This document shows, in pieces, positions 38,697 through 49,743 of a stretch of 64,000 nucleotides of DNA. The DNA is from Novakomyces olei (lineage: Eukaryota). Where the stretch lies: contig JADEYG010000003.1 of NCBI GenBank assembly GCA_016906335.1, positions 1,302,001 to 1,366,000 on the forward strand, in the 5' to 3' direction. The notes under the pieces were generated by a model, which saw nothing but the letters and a program-made list of their open reading frames with translations, did no database searches and was not told the DNA's origin. Every line of letters begins with the position of its first letter. The first letter of the stretch is position 1. The position numbers were made by a program, and so were the translations under genes.

Positions 38697-40214
38697 CTAT
38701 CCCAAAATGTCTTTCATGCCAATCCTCATACGGCGTGCTGGTGAAGACAGATCTGCCTCGTCTTCGCCAATCATATTTGACTCTACTTCGTCGTCCAAGA
38801 CGGTCTTTTGCGCCAGTTTCTTGCTGAGGTAATCGTCAACCTGCTCCTTGTGGCTTGAGGCATGCCCTTCTTGATTGTGTTCCGAGCCATCGGGAAATTT
38901 CCCAGTCTGCCGGTCAACGCTCGACCTACGATCACTTATAGGAGGTAAGCGCAGATTAAATTGCCCCTGTCCCGATTCTAATTCCTGTCCTGAGGCGGCA
39001 ACATGTTGTTTGAAAACATGGTGATCAACAGCATTCATGAAAGAAGCGTACCGAATATACATATTGGAAACAGGCTTGCTGCTTCTTTGTCCACCAGAAT
39101 ATCCGTGCTGCTGATGTTGATTTTGGAGCTGATTCTGGGTAAATATGAGTGAAGAGGACGAAGATGCCTCTGCTTCCGTAGGCGAAGTTGCTAAATCTGG
39201 TTTGTACTGAAATGTATAACACGTGGATTCAGCAATTGCGGGCGATGTATTGCTCGACGAAACAATTGGGCTAGCCCTGTCAAAAGTAAAATGCTTATTT
39301 GAGCGGGGCGATTCTGCAACAGCTAATTCATCTTTTTCACAATATCCAGGTGCAGATAAAGCAGGACGCATCATAGCGAAATACTTTGCGGAAGACACTA
39401 AACCCTGAGGGTCCAGCATACCCGGATAGTTGTCATTAGCCACCGCATTTGGGGTAAAACTTGGTGAGGTCGCATACCCTGCGGCTTGTAACGGCCGATC
39501 GTACATTCCGCTTGTTTTGTCGGGAAGTGCTATTTTGGGTACATTGTCATAATCCTTGGCAGCTATGTTTTCTGGTGGAGGTTGTGAGGAGCCAAAAGAA
39601 CAAGATCTAGAGTGCGATGTATATGAATGTGAACCGCTGCTCTTGTCTCCTGATGAATTGACGGTCATCGCTTGTGCATAAACAGGAGCGCTCGGGAACA
39701 GCTTGCGTTGTAATTGCTCCTGAGGCCGCTTAAAATGAAATAAAGAATTGTGGAAACTGGGATCAGCGCTTCCGACTTCAGAATATTGAGCATCGCGGAT
39801 GCGAGGGCGGCCGCGCCGTTTGTGCGGCACATCAATGCAACTTGCTTCTTTATTCAATGTTATACACCTCCGACACGGCCGAGACTCTTTATAGATTAGA
39901 TTTAATCTTACATAAATCAAGATAAAACAGAAATCGTGAATTCACTTACCATCACAGGCTAGATGAGCTCGTTTACAGTTTGAGCAGGCACTGGCGACGT
40001 GAGATTTATATCGTTTAGCATCACTCAGGCTTGCCTCCAGAATAGCGGTCTCGGGTTTTGAAATCGTACCGTCAGCAGTTTGATGTTTGTCTGGTAAACA
40101 ATCTAGAGAACGGTCCAGAGCATGATGATCCATGCTTTTTGCCGATTTCAAGTTTGCTGTTGCTTTTGTTGTTTGCCCCACTATCCCGCCATGGAAAATT
40201 TGCGCCACTAGCAT
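38697..40214 (-). CDS. Zn(II)2Cys6 transcription factor (intron 39949-39887; start codon uncertain)
   Basis: Spliced ACSNCKRAHLACDESRPCRRCITLNKEASCIDVPHKRRGRPR. Confidence 0.88.
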
Positions 40215-42112
40215 TTGTTTGGATGAGCGAAAGCCGTAGTTAAAAGCGTAGTGAAAAGCGAGACGCAAAGGAGAGTTGAGCACACAAGCGTAGAGCGGAA
40301 TTCAATTAAATGCTATTATTTGATCTCACACTACTCGGCAAGATAAGCGCGAGCTTAAATACATTGTGCCCTGGGGCGCTCTATATAAACTATACGTAAC
40401 TTGTACTAGTCACAAAATACACTTGTATGTTTGTCAAATGTACTTATTCGAAGGCCGAGACTCTGCTCTCTATAGGATAATTTCGCCTGGAAGCGATATC
40501 TATTACTTAATTGTGACTTGAAGAGTGTGCGAGGATTATATCGCTCGCTGACTTTTTACTGTCCATCCCAAAAGGGCAGTCTAAAACGGTCGGCGATCTT
40601 GTAAATGTTCCGACAATTTATTGCGACCACTTTACAGCGGCATTATTTAGCTAAATCTTATTTATGTATTTATGAACATATATATTCTCCTCGTCACAAT
40701 GAAGATGAAGGCTTTCTAATTCCAGAGATAGAGGTTAACAAGCTTGTGATGTGTGAGAGCTATCTAAGAGACAGAGAGTGCTTTCCCCCTCTCAACTGTC
40801 AAGTTTAAAACAATTTCTCTTCGAATCCCAAAGAGGCAAAATCCCGCAGAAAATCAAAAATAACACGGGAATCAAACCCCAAGGCCCTGACAGGTGGACA
40901 AGCATCCCAAATTTGGAACGCCAACCTACATATAAAATTCGCCCCATACTTTCCTCTCCATAACACTCTTTTACTAAGTAATAGCTGATGCAAAGTCAGG
41001 GCGCCTCTTGCCATGTCGGGCCCATGAGTTCTCTTTCTCCGCTCTCTATGGCTTTTTGGGCTTAAGAAACTAACTTCCCCTCACTCCTTGCAAAGTTATA
41101 ATTTTCCTATCCTTCGAAGCTGCAGAATAAATGAAAACAATTAATCCGACTCACCGCCCTCAGCCTTCCGTTAGATATTCTCCTCAAATCATAAAGTGTG
41201 CACGTATGAGTTTACCAACTCGGCCCGACCTTGTTCGCAAATCGTTGTCGCTATGCCTTTTCCGGATACGCGGAACGCCACGTAGCGTTCATATGAGCTG
41301 ACCGTATATAAATTCCACATTACAACAATATATAATTAATAATATTCGCTTTGATTTGGTATGCTCCAATTTTGGTGTCCTACAAACGTTTGAATTGTTT
41401 ATCCCACTAAAAGGTTGCATAGTCCCTAGCTATGTGCTTTCGAGTACTGGAATAACTGCGCTGCATGCCACATGTGCGTCAACCCAAAATTACTTGTGAT
41501 GCAGCTTCATGTAATGCGCTATAATTTTATCAGTAGATTTAAACTCTCTATATGCGACTTTTCATTGGTGAATAAGTTCGCCTGTAAACGACTTATCACA
41601 TGTGGATCGAATGCCAAAAACGATAGCGCAAGCTATTGAAATATGCGTGGAGAGATGCTAGTTGGAAGATGTTAGTTGGAAACGTCTACAGAATTTGCAT
41701 CAGCAAAGGCCATAGCCAGGTCATCCGTATAATATGCTAGGGTGAAGGGAGAGAGGAGTAATTAAAATGCACACATACTCCCGACAGCCTATACTGCTTT
41801 TTAGGCAGAAAATAAAAATTAGAGCAATACTAAGACTAAAACTAGAATTAAAATTTAAATCATTAGAAGTTCGAGCAGCTTTTAAAAAAGAATGATGTTT
41901 ATTTCACTGCAATAATATTGGTTCAGACACTTCCAAGGAACTAAAAATTAGGCAATTTTGCGATTCGGCACAATGCACTAAAACTCATCTATAGATCTTG
42001 CAGGATCTTTGTATAAAAACGGTTGCTACAGAACCTGCCAAAGTACTGCGACCTTTCACAGTACTTGCCTATGCTCATTTTTTAATAGCCACCACCTTTT
42101 CCCAAACATTTC

Positions 42113-43977
42113 TCAAAGCCGACTTCGCGCCTCGGACTCTGCCATTCTACCTACAAAATCAAAACCTTTTAAAACCTGTAATAGTTAATAATTCCCATTT
42201 ATCATACAGTTTCGCTCGTTTCCTTACCTCGTCCAAAGCCTGCCACACATCATCAACATAGACAAATTGCATATCTCGCTGAGCGTCTGCAGGAATGTCG
42301 GCCTCCACATTACGCTTGTTCCTAGAAGGGAGAACAACTTTTGTGATACCCGCGCTTTTTGTAAATCCTATGTTAGCCCACTTTGAATTGAAATTCTATC
42401 ATTTTTTTTATACAAAGGCATTTCTTTGGCCTATTTTTTGCCTCTTTTTTTTCTTCTTTCCCATGCAACCCTGACACACATACCGATTTGCCGCTAAAAC
42501 TTTTTCGCGGATACCTCCAACAGGTAAAATTCGTCCACGTAAAGTCACCTCACCCGTCATTGCAGTATGCGGGTCAACTGCCGTTTTTATCACCATACTT
42601 ACTAGCGCTACTACCATTGCTACTCCCGCACTAGGGCCGTCTTTAAGCACCGCCCCTGCAGGTGCATGAATATGAATATCTTGGCCATTAAAGACTGAAG
42701 AGCTTCTTGAGTTGGTGTCGCAACCAGCGTATGACAGGCCCAGGGCCTTTGCATTTGAGCGTACTAACGAGACCGCTAAAACGGCAGATTCACGTATAAC
42801 TTCACCTAGCCTTCCAGTCAAGATAAGACTCCCTGAGTGCTCCAGATCATGCGATGGCATCGATGCTGCTTCCAGAAATAAGAGTCCCCCATTTCCGGAG
42901 CCCATGTAGGCTAAGCCAGTAACAACCCCTGGCCGTCCTGCACGTGCAGCAAGCTCTGGCTCGTACAATTGAGCACCCAGTACCTTTTCCACGTCATCAA
43001 TTGCAGCACTATACTCATTTTCTCGATCTTTGTCGCGCAACGCTGAAAGTTCAACTGCTTTGGCCCGACAAAGGCTGGCTATTTTGCGTTCCAGCTCTCT
43101 TACTCCTGGCTCCCGCGTCCATCCGCTCGCAATGGACATAATCTGACTGTCGCTCAGCTTTAATTGCTCCGCATTTAATGCGTTTGCTTCAATTTGCTTC
43201 GGTAATAAATGTTTACGAGCGATTTGTAATTTTTCTTCAAACGTATAACCCGCTAGCTCTACAACTTCCATGCGATCCATCAAAGGTGCTGGTATAGTAT
43301 CTAATGTGTTTGCTGTAGCCATAAAGAGCTTGACCCAGTTAATGATTCAATTCCAAAAATTTAATAAAAAGATATAAATGTCAACTTCAAAGAGAACTAA
43401 GAAAAGCAGAAAAGGAAGAAAGAGCAACAGAAACGAAGCTAACTACGGCATTCGACCATGCCCAATAAAAAAGGAACTCCTAATTGATTACCACGTGTGA
43501 CAGGTTCACTGGTGCGTCAGGACCCAAGTAGTGATCAACAAATGCACTGTTCTGCTCTGGATCGAGTACTTCCTACTGAATTAGTGCTCAAACATTGATA
43601 TTGAACGATGTAAGTTGCTACATAGGTGCCTTCGTACCAGCATCGCGGCGCTAGGATCTCCACGAAGACCATCACGTCCCAATTTATCAACTTCGTCCAA
43701 TAGAATAACGGGGTTAGAACATTTGACCCTACGCAGCGCTTGCACAATAAGGCCGGGCATAGCACCTACATACGTCCGGCGGTGTCCACGAATATCTGCC
43801 TCGTCGCCTACACCACCCAACGAAATGCGCGTGAAATTTCGTCCAAGGCTTCTAGCCACGGATTTAGCCAGGGATGTTTTACCCGTTCCGGGTGGCCCAA
43901 CAAGAAGTAATATCGGTGTCTGCGTGAATGTTAATATAAAGGTTACAACCCTGTCTTACGCTGCTGTAGTTTGACAT
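42113..43977 (-). CDS. Peroxisomal Lon protease (AAA+ and protease domains, PTS1 -SRL), apparently lacking the N-terminal Lon domain; 471-aa model, 6 exons
   Basis: [23 protein letters not shown] (catalytic Ser), GGIREK (Lys) and C-terminal EARSRL*. Exons 43977-43960, 43919-43638, 43572-43492, 43328-42484, 42354-42228, 42175-42113. Confidence 0.85.
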
Positions 43978-44861
43978 CTTGCTGCAGCCTGTTTGTCATG
44001 CGGGGGTTTTGGTGGTAATTATGCTATATATACATTCACTCCTCATTGATGCCGTTAACCCTGGCTAACCCTACAGTTGACAATAACAAAACGTACTTAT
44101 ATGGATCCAATTTAAATACGAATTACGCTTTAGCTAAGCTTATTGCGGCATGGAGGTAGGCAACGTGAAACAAGTAACCATCCCAAAACATGCGCTTCGC
44201 GTATAATGATTATTTGACTTGGCTCCCTATAATGACTCTCAAAGAAAAGAATAGTTGATTCACTATTTTATCAATCATTAGGGTTTTGTAAGGCAGCAAT
44301 GTTTTTGGGCCTACTATTCATGTACTCGTTGAGAAAAAGGTTTACAATACGGTTCTTATTTGCCTCCATTCAAAATTCATAAGACGCGTTTTCATGTAGA
44401 TTATTTCTGTTTTGCATGCATCGGGCTCCAATGGCTATGAGGATCCTTCCATATAAAATTTAAAACGCTGCAGCCAATAACGAATAGACACAAACCCAAA
44501 TTGATATTATATAAACCGGCCGAGGGCGAATAGAAGCGTGGAATTTTCTACTCTTCGTTTTTTCAATAGATAAGCCGCTTTGGTATATAATATAATTGTT
44601 ACGTCTTTTGTACTTAATAATCTAGTTAAGTATATTACGTCATAAACTTTGGATATCTAACTAGGTACGATCTATATTGTAAACAAGACAACACTATAAA
44701 ACGAGTGTTAATGAGCATTTGTTTTTATCACACCATTGTTTAGCTTTTGCCTAAGAACGGTTCAAACTGACATCAAAATACAAATTTTGATCATCTTTTG
44801 ACTCTCGATATAAACGAGAAGAACTTAGTACGCCACAGTCTTGGGGAATAGGAGTGCGATA

Positions 44862-46283
44862 ATGGGCGACAACGAAGCTGTTCCGCATGGCGTTGAAAGC
44901 GCCGATCCGACTGCGCCATTGATGCGCCGCATGGAGGCATGGAAACATATTATCGACAACTTGGCGCAAGTTTACGATGAGGTCGAAGTTCTTCACAAGA
45001 CTCTCGGTAAGAGCTACTCTAAACTTGGGGCTTCAGTGCAAGTGCCATTCCGAGATGTGGGCGTGTTCCATCAAAGCGGTGTGCAGCAAATCTATCAGGA
45101 TTTGCGCGATAAGCTTCAAGTAATCTCTCGAAATCACGATCAGGAGGCTTCAGAGATAAGTACAACTCTGCGTAAAGATATGGAGAATGTCAAAGCCGAG
45201 ATCAAGCAGCAAATTTCGAGACTAAAATCTGATAGTCTAAAAGATGCCAAAAAGGTGGATTCTTTACGTGCAGATTCCCAGAAATACATCGAGAATCTTG
45301 GCAGATCGATCGCAACTGCAGATTCGAATGCTGGTAGTATCACTACAAAGGACGACCCTTTTATCGTGCGGCGTCAATTGTTGCATAATCTTAGCCGTCA
45401 GTCTGTGGAGGAGAACAATCACAATCAGGCGCTCATTACACTTCAAGACGACTTTCGTCGATTCGAGGCTTATATTCTCCAAAAAATACAAGAAAGCGTA
45501 CGCTCTTGGAATGAATTGGCCGGTCGAGAGTCGAGCGGGTATCTGCAAGCTCTCAAATCTGTCGATACCACCGCTCAGGCAGTGCCCCGAGACTTGGAAT
45601 GGAACGATTTCGCTAGTCGGGAGAAAAGTTTGGTGAATCCATCTATAGGAAAGCGCGTAGCGTCCGAGCTAGAATATCCAGGAAAAAATAGCCCGTCAAC
45701 AATTCCAGTCGTGGAAGGCCTGCTTGCGCGCAAAACTCGTGTCTTGAAAAAATATCAATCGGCTTACTTCGTTCTTACTAAGAGCAAATACTTGTACGAG
45801 TTCAAGAGCTCTGACGCTGCGACTGATTCTGAGCCAACGTTTGCTCTTTATCTGCCAGACTGTGATATAGGTGAAAAATCTTCTCCTAATTCAGGAAAGT
45901 GCAAATTTGTGATCGCAGGAAAAGAAGCTGGCAAATTAATTACGACTAAGCACAGTTATTCATTTCGCGCCAACACAGTAGGCGAGCTCGACAAATGGTA
46001 CGATAGCATCGTAAGAGCGATCGGACATGCTCCAGTATCAGCAAAATCTTATGGATTTCAATCTGATGACGATGACGAGGTCGTCGCTACTCCTTCTCTA
46101 GGAAACTCGCCAGTCGACGCGACAGGAAGTGGCAGTGGTGCAAATAGTTTGGGTACTAATCCCGCTACCAATATGAGTGACGAATCTGCTACTAGAGGCG
46201 CGGTGAATGATTCGGTAAATTCTGCAACAGCTGTCCATGAAAATGTTTCCACAAACGCTCAAACTCAAAGCAGAGCGTTGTAA
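44862..46283 (+). CDS. Slm1-like BAR-PH domain protein
   Basis: L.RR.EAWK N-terminus, DPF..., EW.DF, and PH domain (EGLLARKTRVLKKY..AYFVLT.SKYL.EFKS). Confidence 0.85.
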   Translation: MGDNEAVPHGVESADPTAPLMRRMEAWKHIIDNLAQVYDEVEVLHKTLGKSYSKLGASVQVPFRDVGVFHQSGVQQIYQDLRDKLQVISRNHDQEASEISTTLRKDMENVKAEIKQQISRLKSDSLKDAKKVDSLRADSQKYIENLGRSIATADSNAGSITTKDDPFIVRRQLLHNLSRQSVEENNHNQALITLQDDFRRFEAYILQKIQESVRSWNELAGRESSGYLQALKSVDTTAQAVPRDLEWNDFASREKSLVNPSIGKRVASELEYPGKNSPSTIPVVEGLLARKTRVLKKYQSAYFVLTKSKYLYEFKSSDAATDSEPTFALYLPDCDIGEKSSPNSGKCKFVIAGKEAGKLITTKHSYSFRANTVGELDKWYDSIVRAIGHAPVSAKSYGFQSDDDDEVVATPSLGNSPVDATGSGSGANSLGTNPATNMSDESATRGAVNDSVNSATAVHENVSTNAQTQSRAL

Positions 46284-47918
46284 GTTCGCGATCTGAATTC
46301 ACCACCCGTGATATTCTTGTGCTATTGGCAACATTTGTTTTACTTAGCTATCTGAATTGTAATTGAATTATTTTAGTATAATATGATATATTGGATGTGC
46401 CAATGGATGTGCCAATGGATATGCCAACAATTTCTAATTTAGCGGACAATAATTAAAACTTCATGATCTTTTTAAACTGCACCGAAGATCTGATGTCGGA
46501 GAGAAGTATAGTCAGCAACAAACGCTAGATATTGAGTTTAAGATAGATCACGCCTACCGTTAAAGAAATCAACAATTCCGGTACCACCTTATTACAATCT
46601 CAGTATTTGCTTGAGCCTTTTGCTACGCTTGAATATTTAATGAGCGCTCACCTTAGTGAGCAATAAATAGGTGCTGATTGACTGTGACAAGTGAGCCGCA
46701 CTGAACAGCCAATCGATAGAGCTTAGACACGATAGAAAAGAACTCATCTACATGGATTAATATGATGACTCACTAATATTCAAGACTGTAATAATATAGA
46801 TAAAATGATGGGTCTTGATGTGGTCGGGTACCTTCCCTGCCAGCCATTGAGCTAGTTATGTATTTTCTACTTGCATCATCAAACAGGGAAACGTCGGAAC
46901 CATGATGCATCTATCGTCCGAGGTTCCCAAAATTAAAAAAAAAGAGGTTTGTCAAAATATAAGTAAGATAAGTCGATCGGGGTTCGAGAAGCATGATGAT
47001 AATATTTTGCCATTGCTCATACTGAGCATCTACAACAATATGACTATGCAAACTGATACGTGCATGTAAGACTGATTCAAGTGGAGCTTTTGTCTTGAAT
47101 TGAATTTCCCACCACATAAGAACAAGTCCATCTCTGTCCTTATTTCGCTCAATCATCACCTCCAGCCGATCGAAAAATCAAATTGTAGCTGCAGTGGCTT
47201 TAAAAAAGTATTTGGTGCCAATAATGTATCTTATCTTATCGCAATCATTTTAATTTTGTATTCATACGTTCTGACCAAAGCAAGCAGAGTTTCGTATTTT
47301 AAGTCGTATTAATATGACAAAATACCTCCGTCTAAATAAGCGATCTCTGAATAAGATAAGCCTTTTGAATTGAGAGCCGATTTGACTATGTGAAGCGAAA
47401 GACTCGAAATGTGCAGCCAATCATGCCAGATGCTTAAGTAATCTTCAAACGAGAAAAGGGATCAGCCAAAAGATTGACTAGATGTTGTACAGCAATTGAC
47501 TTCTGAACTCCACAATACAAACATAGAACTAATTCGTTTATGGTATTGCATGAAGAGAATCAACTACACAAAACTTCCAAATACAGATATCATAATATGA
47601 TTCTAGAAAGAATACGAGCAAGTAATATAATATAACGTCTACACGGAAGAGATATGCAAGGAGAGATACCAATTACTTGAATACAGAACATACGTAACCT
47701 TCATGCTTACACAAATAGCCAACCTAAACGTTCTTGGCTAAACATGGACCAATTTTGTTGATGCTCCACCGTTGGGCTCACAGAAGACCAAACCACACGC
47801 ATGTACAAAACTTGTTTTATAGATGCATTACTCTGTATGATAAAAATCAAGCTTTCAATTACAGTTCTAATTGTGGTGAGTTAGTTGTCGAAAAACGATT
47901 GTCATTTTAGCTTACAAG

Positions 47919-48265
47919 TGTTATAACTGGAAGTAACTCACTGTTATAACTCTTTAGATTAATTGAATCTACTCTTAAACTATGGAAAACCTTGTCCTTT
48001 TATAGACTTCAAGGCTCAGCTCTTATCTCAGAGATAGGATCAAGACTTTCCTATCAATTAGTAATCAGATAGGATCAGAAGTAACCGATCAATTAGTAAT
48101 CACCTTATCATTGATAGGTTACAGATACCCGATCAGTGGCGTGATTTAATGATTAGTAATTAAATATTCCTCCAAATCGGTTAAATTCCGTATTTGGAGT
48201 GAATTAATTTAATTTAATTATGTCATTTTAAATTTAAATTTTACTATCTACACTATGGCCTAACA
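47919..48265 (-). repeat. Element A 3' LTR
   Basis: Direct repeat of 60076-60422; preceded on the minus strand by purine tract GTGGGGGAGGA. Confidence 0.95.
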
Positions 48266-48528
48266 TCCTCCCCCACTAATTCGAGATGTGTCGAATTGTA
48301 GTTGTTCAGCAGGTTGGTTGAGTTAGCCAAGTGAGATTTAGGTTCCCATGTATCGTCTTCAGGTCCATAGCCTTCCCAGCGGATTCGGTATAATAGCTTA
48401 TACCCCTGTTTCGGTGTATTGGATTTTTTAGACCCTTTGAACCATCCATGGTCAACGATTTGTTGGATCAAATATAATTCTGTGTTGTCTTTGTAGCGTC
48501 GCAGAGCTTTAGGCTTAGGTTGTTCTCT
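48253..48528 (-). pseudogene. Element A integrase C-terminal chromodomain, separated by B insertion
   Basis: YRIRWEGYGPEDDTWEP. Removing B plus one TCTCT copy restores the frame (..NTREQPKPK..). Confidence 0.9.
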
Positions 48529-49159
48529 TGTAAGACGGTCCTTACAGCTACAATCGCTGGAGGCCGGCCGTGTATAGTTTAAATAAAGTAAAGGAATAAG
48601 AAAGACCAGGAAAGCAGAAAGCGATTACTGTAAAGCTTACCAGGAGTAATATAATGTATTACTCCCACTTTGAGATAATCAACCCGTGAAGGGCGAGAGG
48701 CCTTCACGGGCAACTATAAACTAAACTAAGTTGCGGAGGAGCGGATGCTCCTTCGCATTCTAAACTACTCTTCCCAAGCTAACTTATGCGAAGGTCGCAC
48801 AAGTTAGAGAGGGAAGCTCTCAGCCTAAACTAGTCTATGGAAATAACTATGAATGTTCTCGCGCTAGCGGAGTGCGAAGGGTCGCACTCGCTAGCGTGCG
48901 AGGATGAGAACGGGAAGCGAGGTCCGTGCACATTGTGCATGGAGCCCCTCGCTCCCGTGGGCCAAGCTGGCTTAGTGCGCGTACCTACATGCACACTAAG
49001 ACAACTTCTACGTCCCAAGACCATCGCGTTACGCGCCGACTGGTCTTGGGCCGCGTTGGCGAAGCTTGCGACGCGCGGACATCCCAAGTCCGACTACAGG
49101 CGTCGCCCCTCGCTTCCCAACGCGGTTGTCAGGAACTCGTCAAGGCGAGGATCATGACA
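48529..49159 (-). repeat. Element B 3' LTR
   Basis: TGTAAG...ATGACA; direct repeat at +6003. Confidence 0.95.
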
Positions 49160-49743
49160 GTATCCCCCCCTCCCTTGGGCGAGGTCCCCGCGCCCGCAAA
49201 ACATAAAATATCCCAAAACAATAGTAAGGCGAAAATAAAAACAACAGACTTCCCAGCTTTCAATATAATAAGGCACTCCAAGCATAAAAAATTGCAACTC
49301 TTCCATAGTCTCGTTCCAATGAAATAGCATGGGTAAATCAACTCAATCAAATAAATGTTCGCATTGCTTTGCGTAAGGAAAGAAAATTCAAATGCGAGCA
49401 CGAACACATGTAGACCATACTGTCTTTCAACTGCGGACCAAGTCGTATCTCTGCTCGGTGTTCTCATTGCTCGTCCGTATAAAGCGTGTATGTCGTGCGA
49501 TAAGATAAATAATAGTCGCGTTCGTTTTGTCAACGCCGTGAATAATTAAAGCGGTGTTAGCTTCAGTTTAATAATTTTTTTTTTGCATGATTTTCAAAAA
49601 CGTTTTTTCCAAATAGCGATAAATAACTAGTGCGAATTGTGTATTATATCGCAGTCGTAAACAAAAATCAAGAGTTGAGTCTCGCGATTGCGTAAGATTA
49701 CGTGAGTTGAATGACGTAACCTGTATCGCGATTAACGTAAACA

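Noticed and set aside
46393-46428. Three 12-bp GGATGTGCCAAT units after the Slm1-like gene
   Set aside because: A short slippage-type repeat with no further structure.
46450-47837. Possible decayed TE or gene left of the nest
   Set aside because: Only short ORFs; no recognisable motif or terminal repeat.
48830-49157. ORFs of 85-133 aa in B's LTRs (duplicated at 54833-55303)
   Set aside because: Overlapping frames in GC-rich, palindromic LTR DNA with no motifs; likely incidental.
49129-49549. ORFs in B's 3' spacer as an env-like gene
   Set aside because: Short, non-ATG or overlapping on both strands, with no convincing signal or TM organisation.
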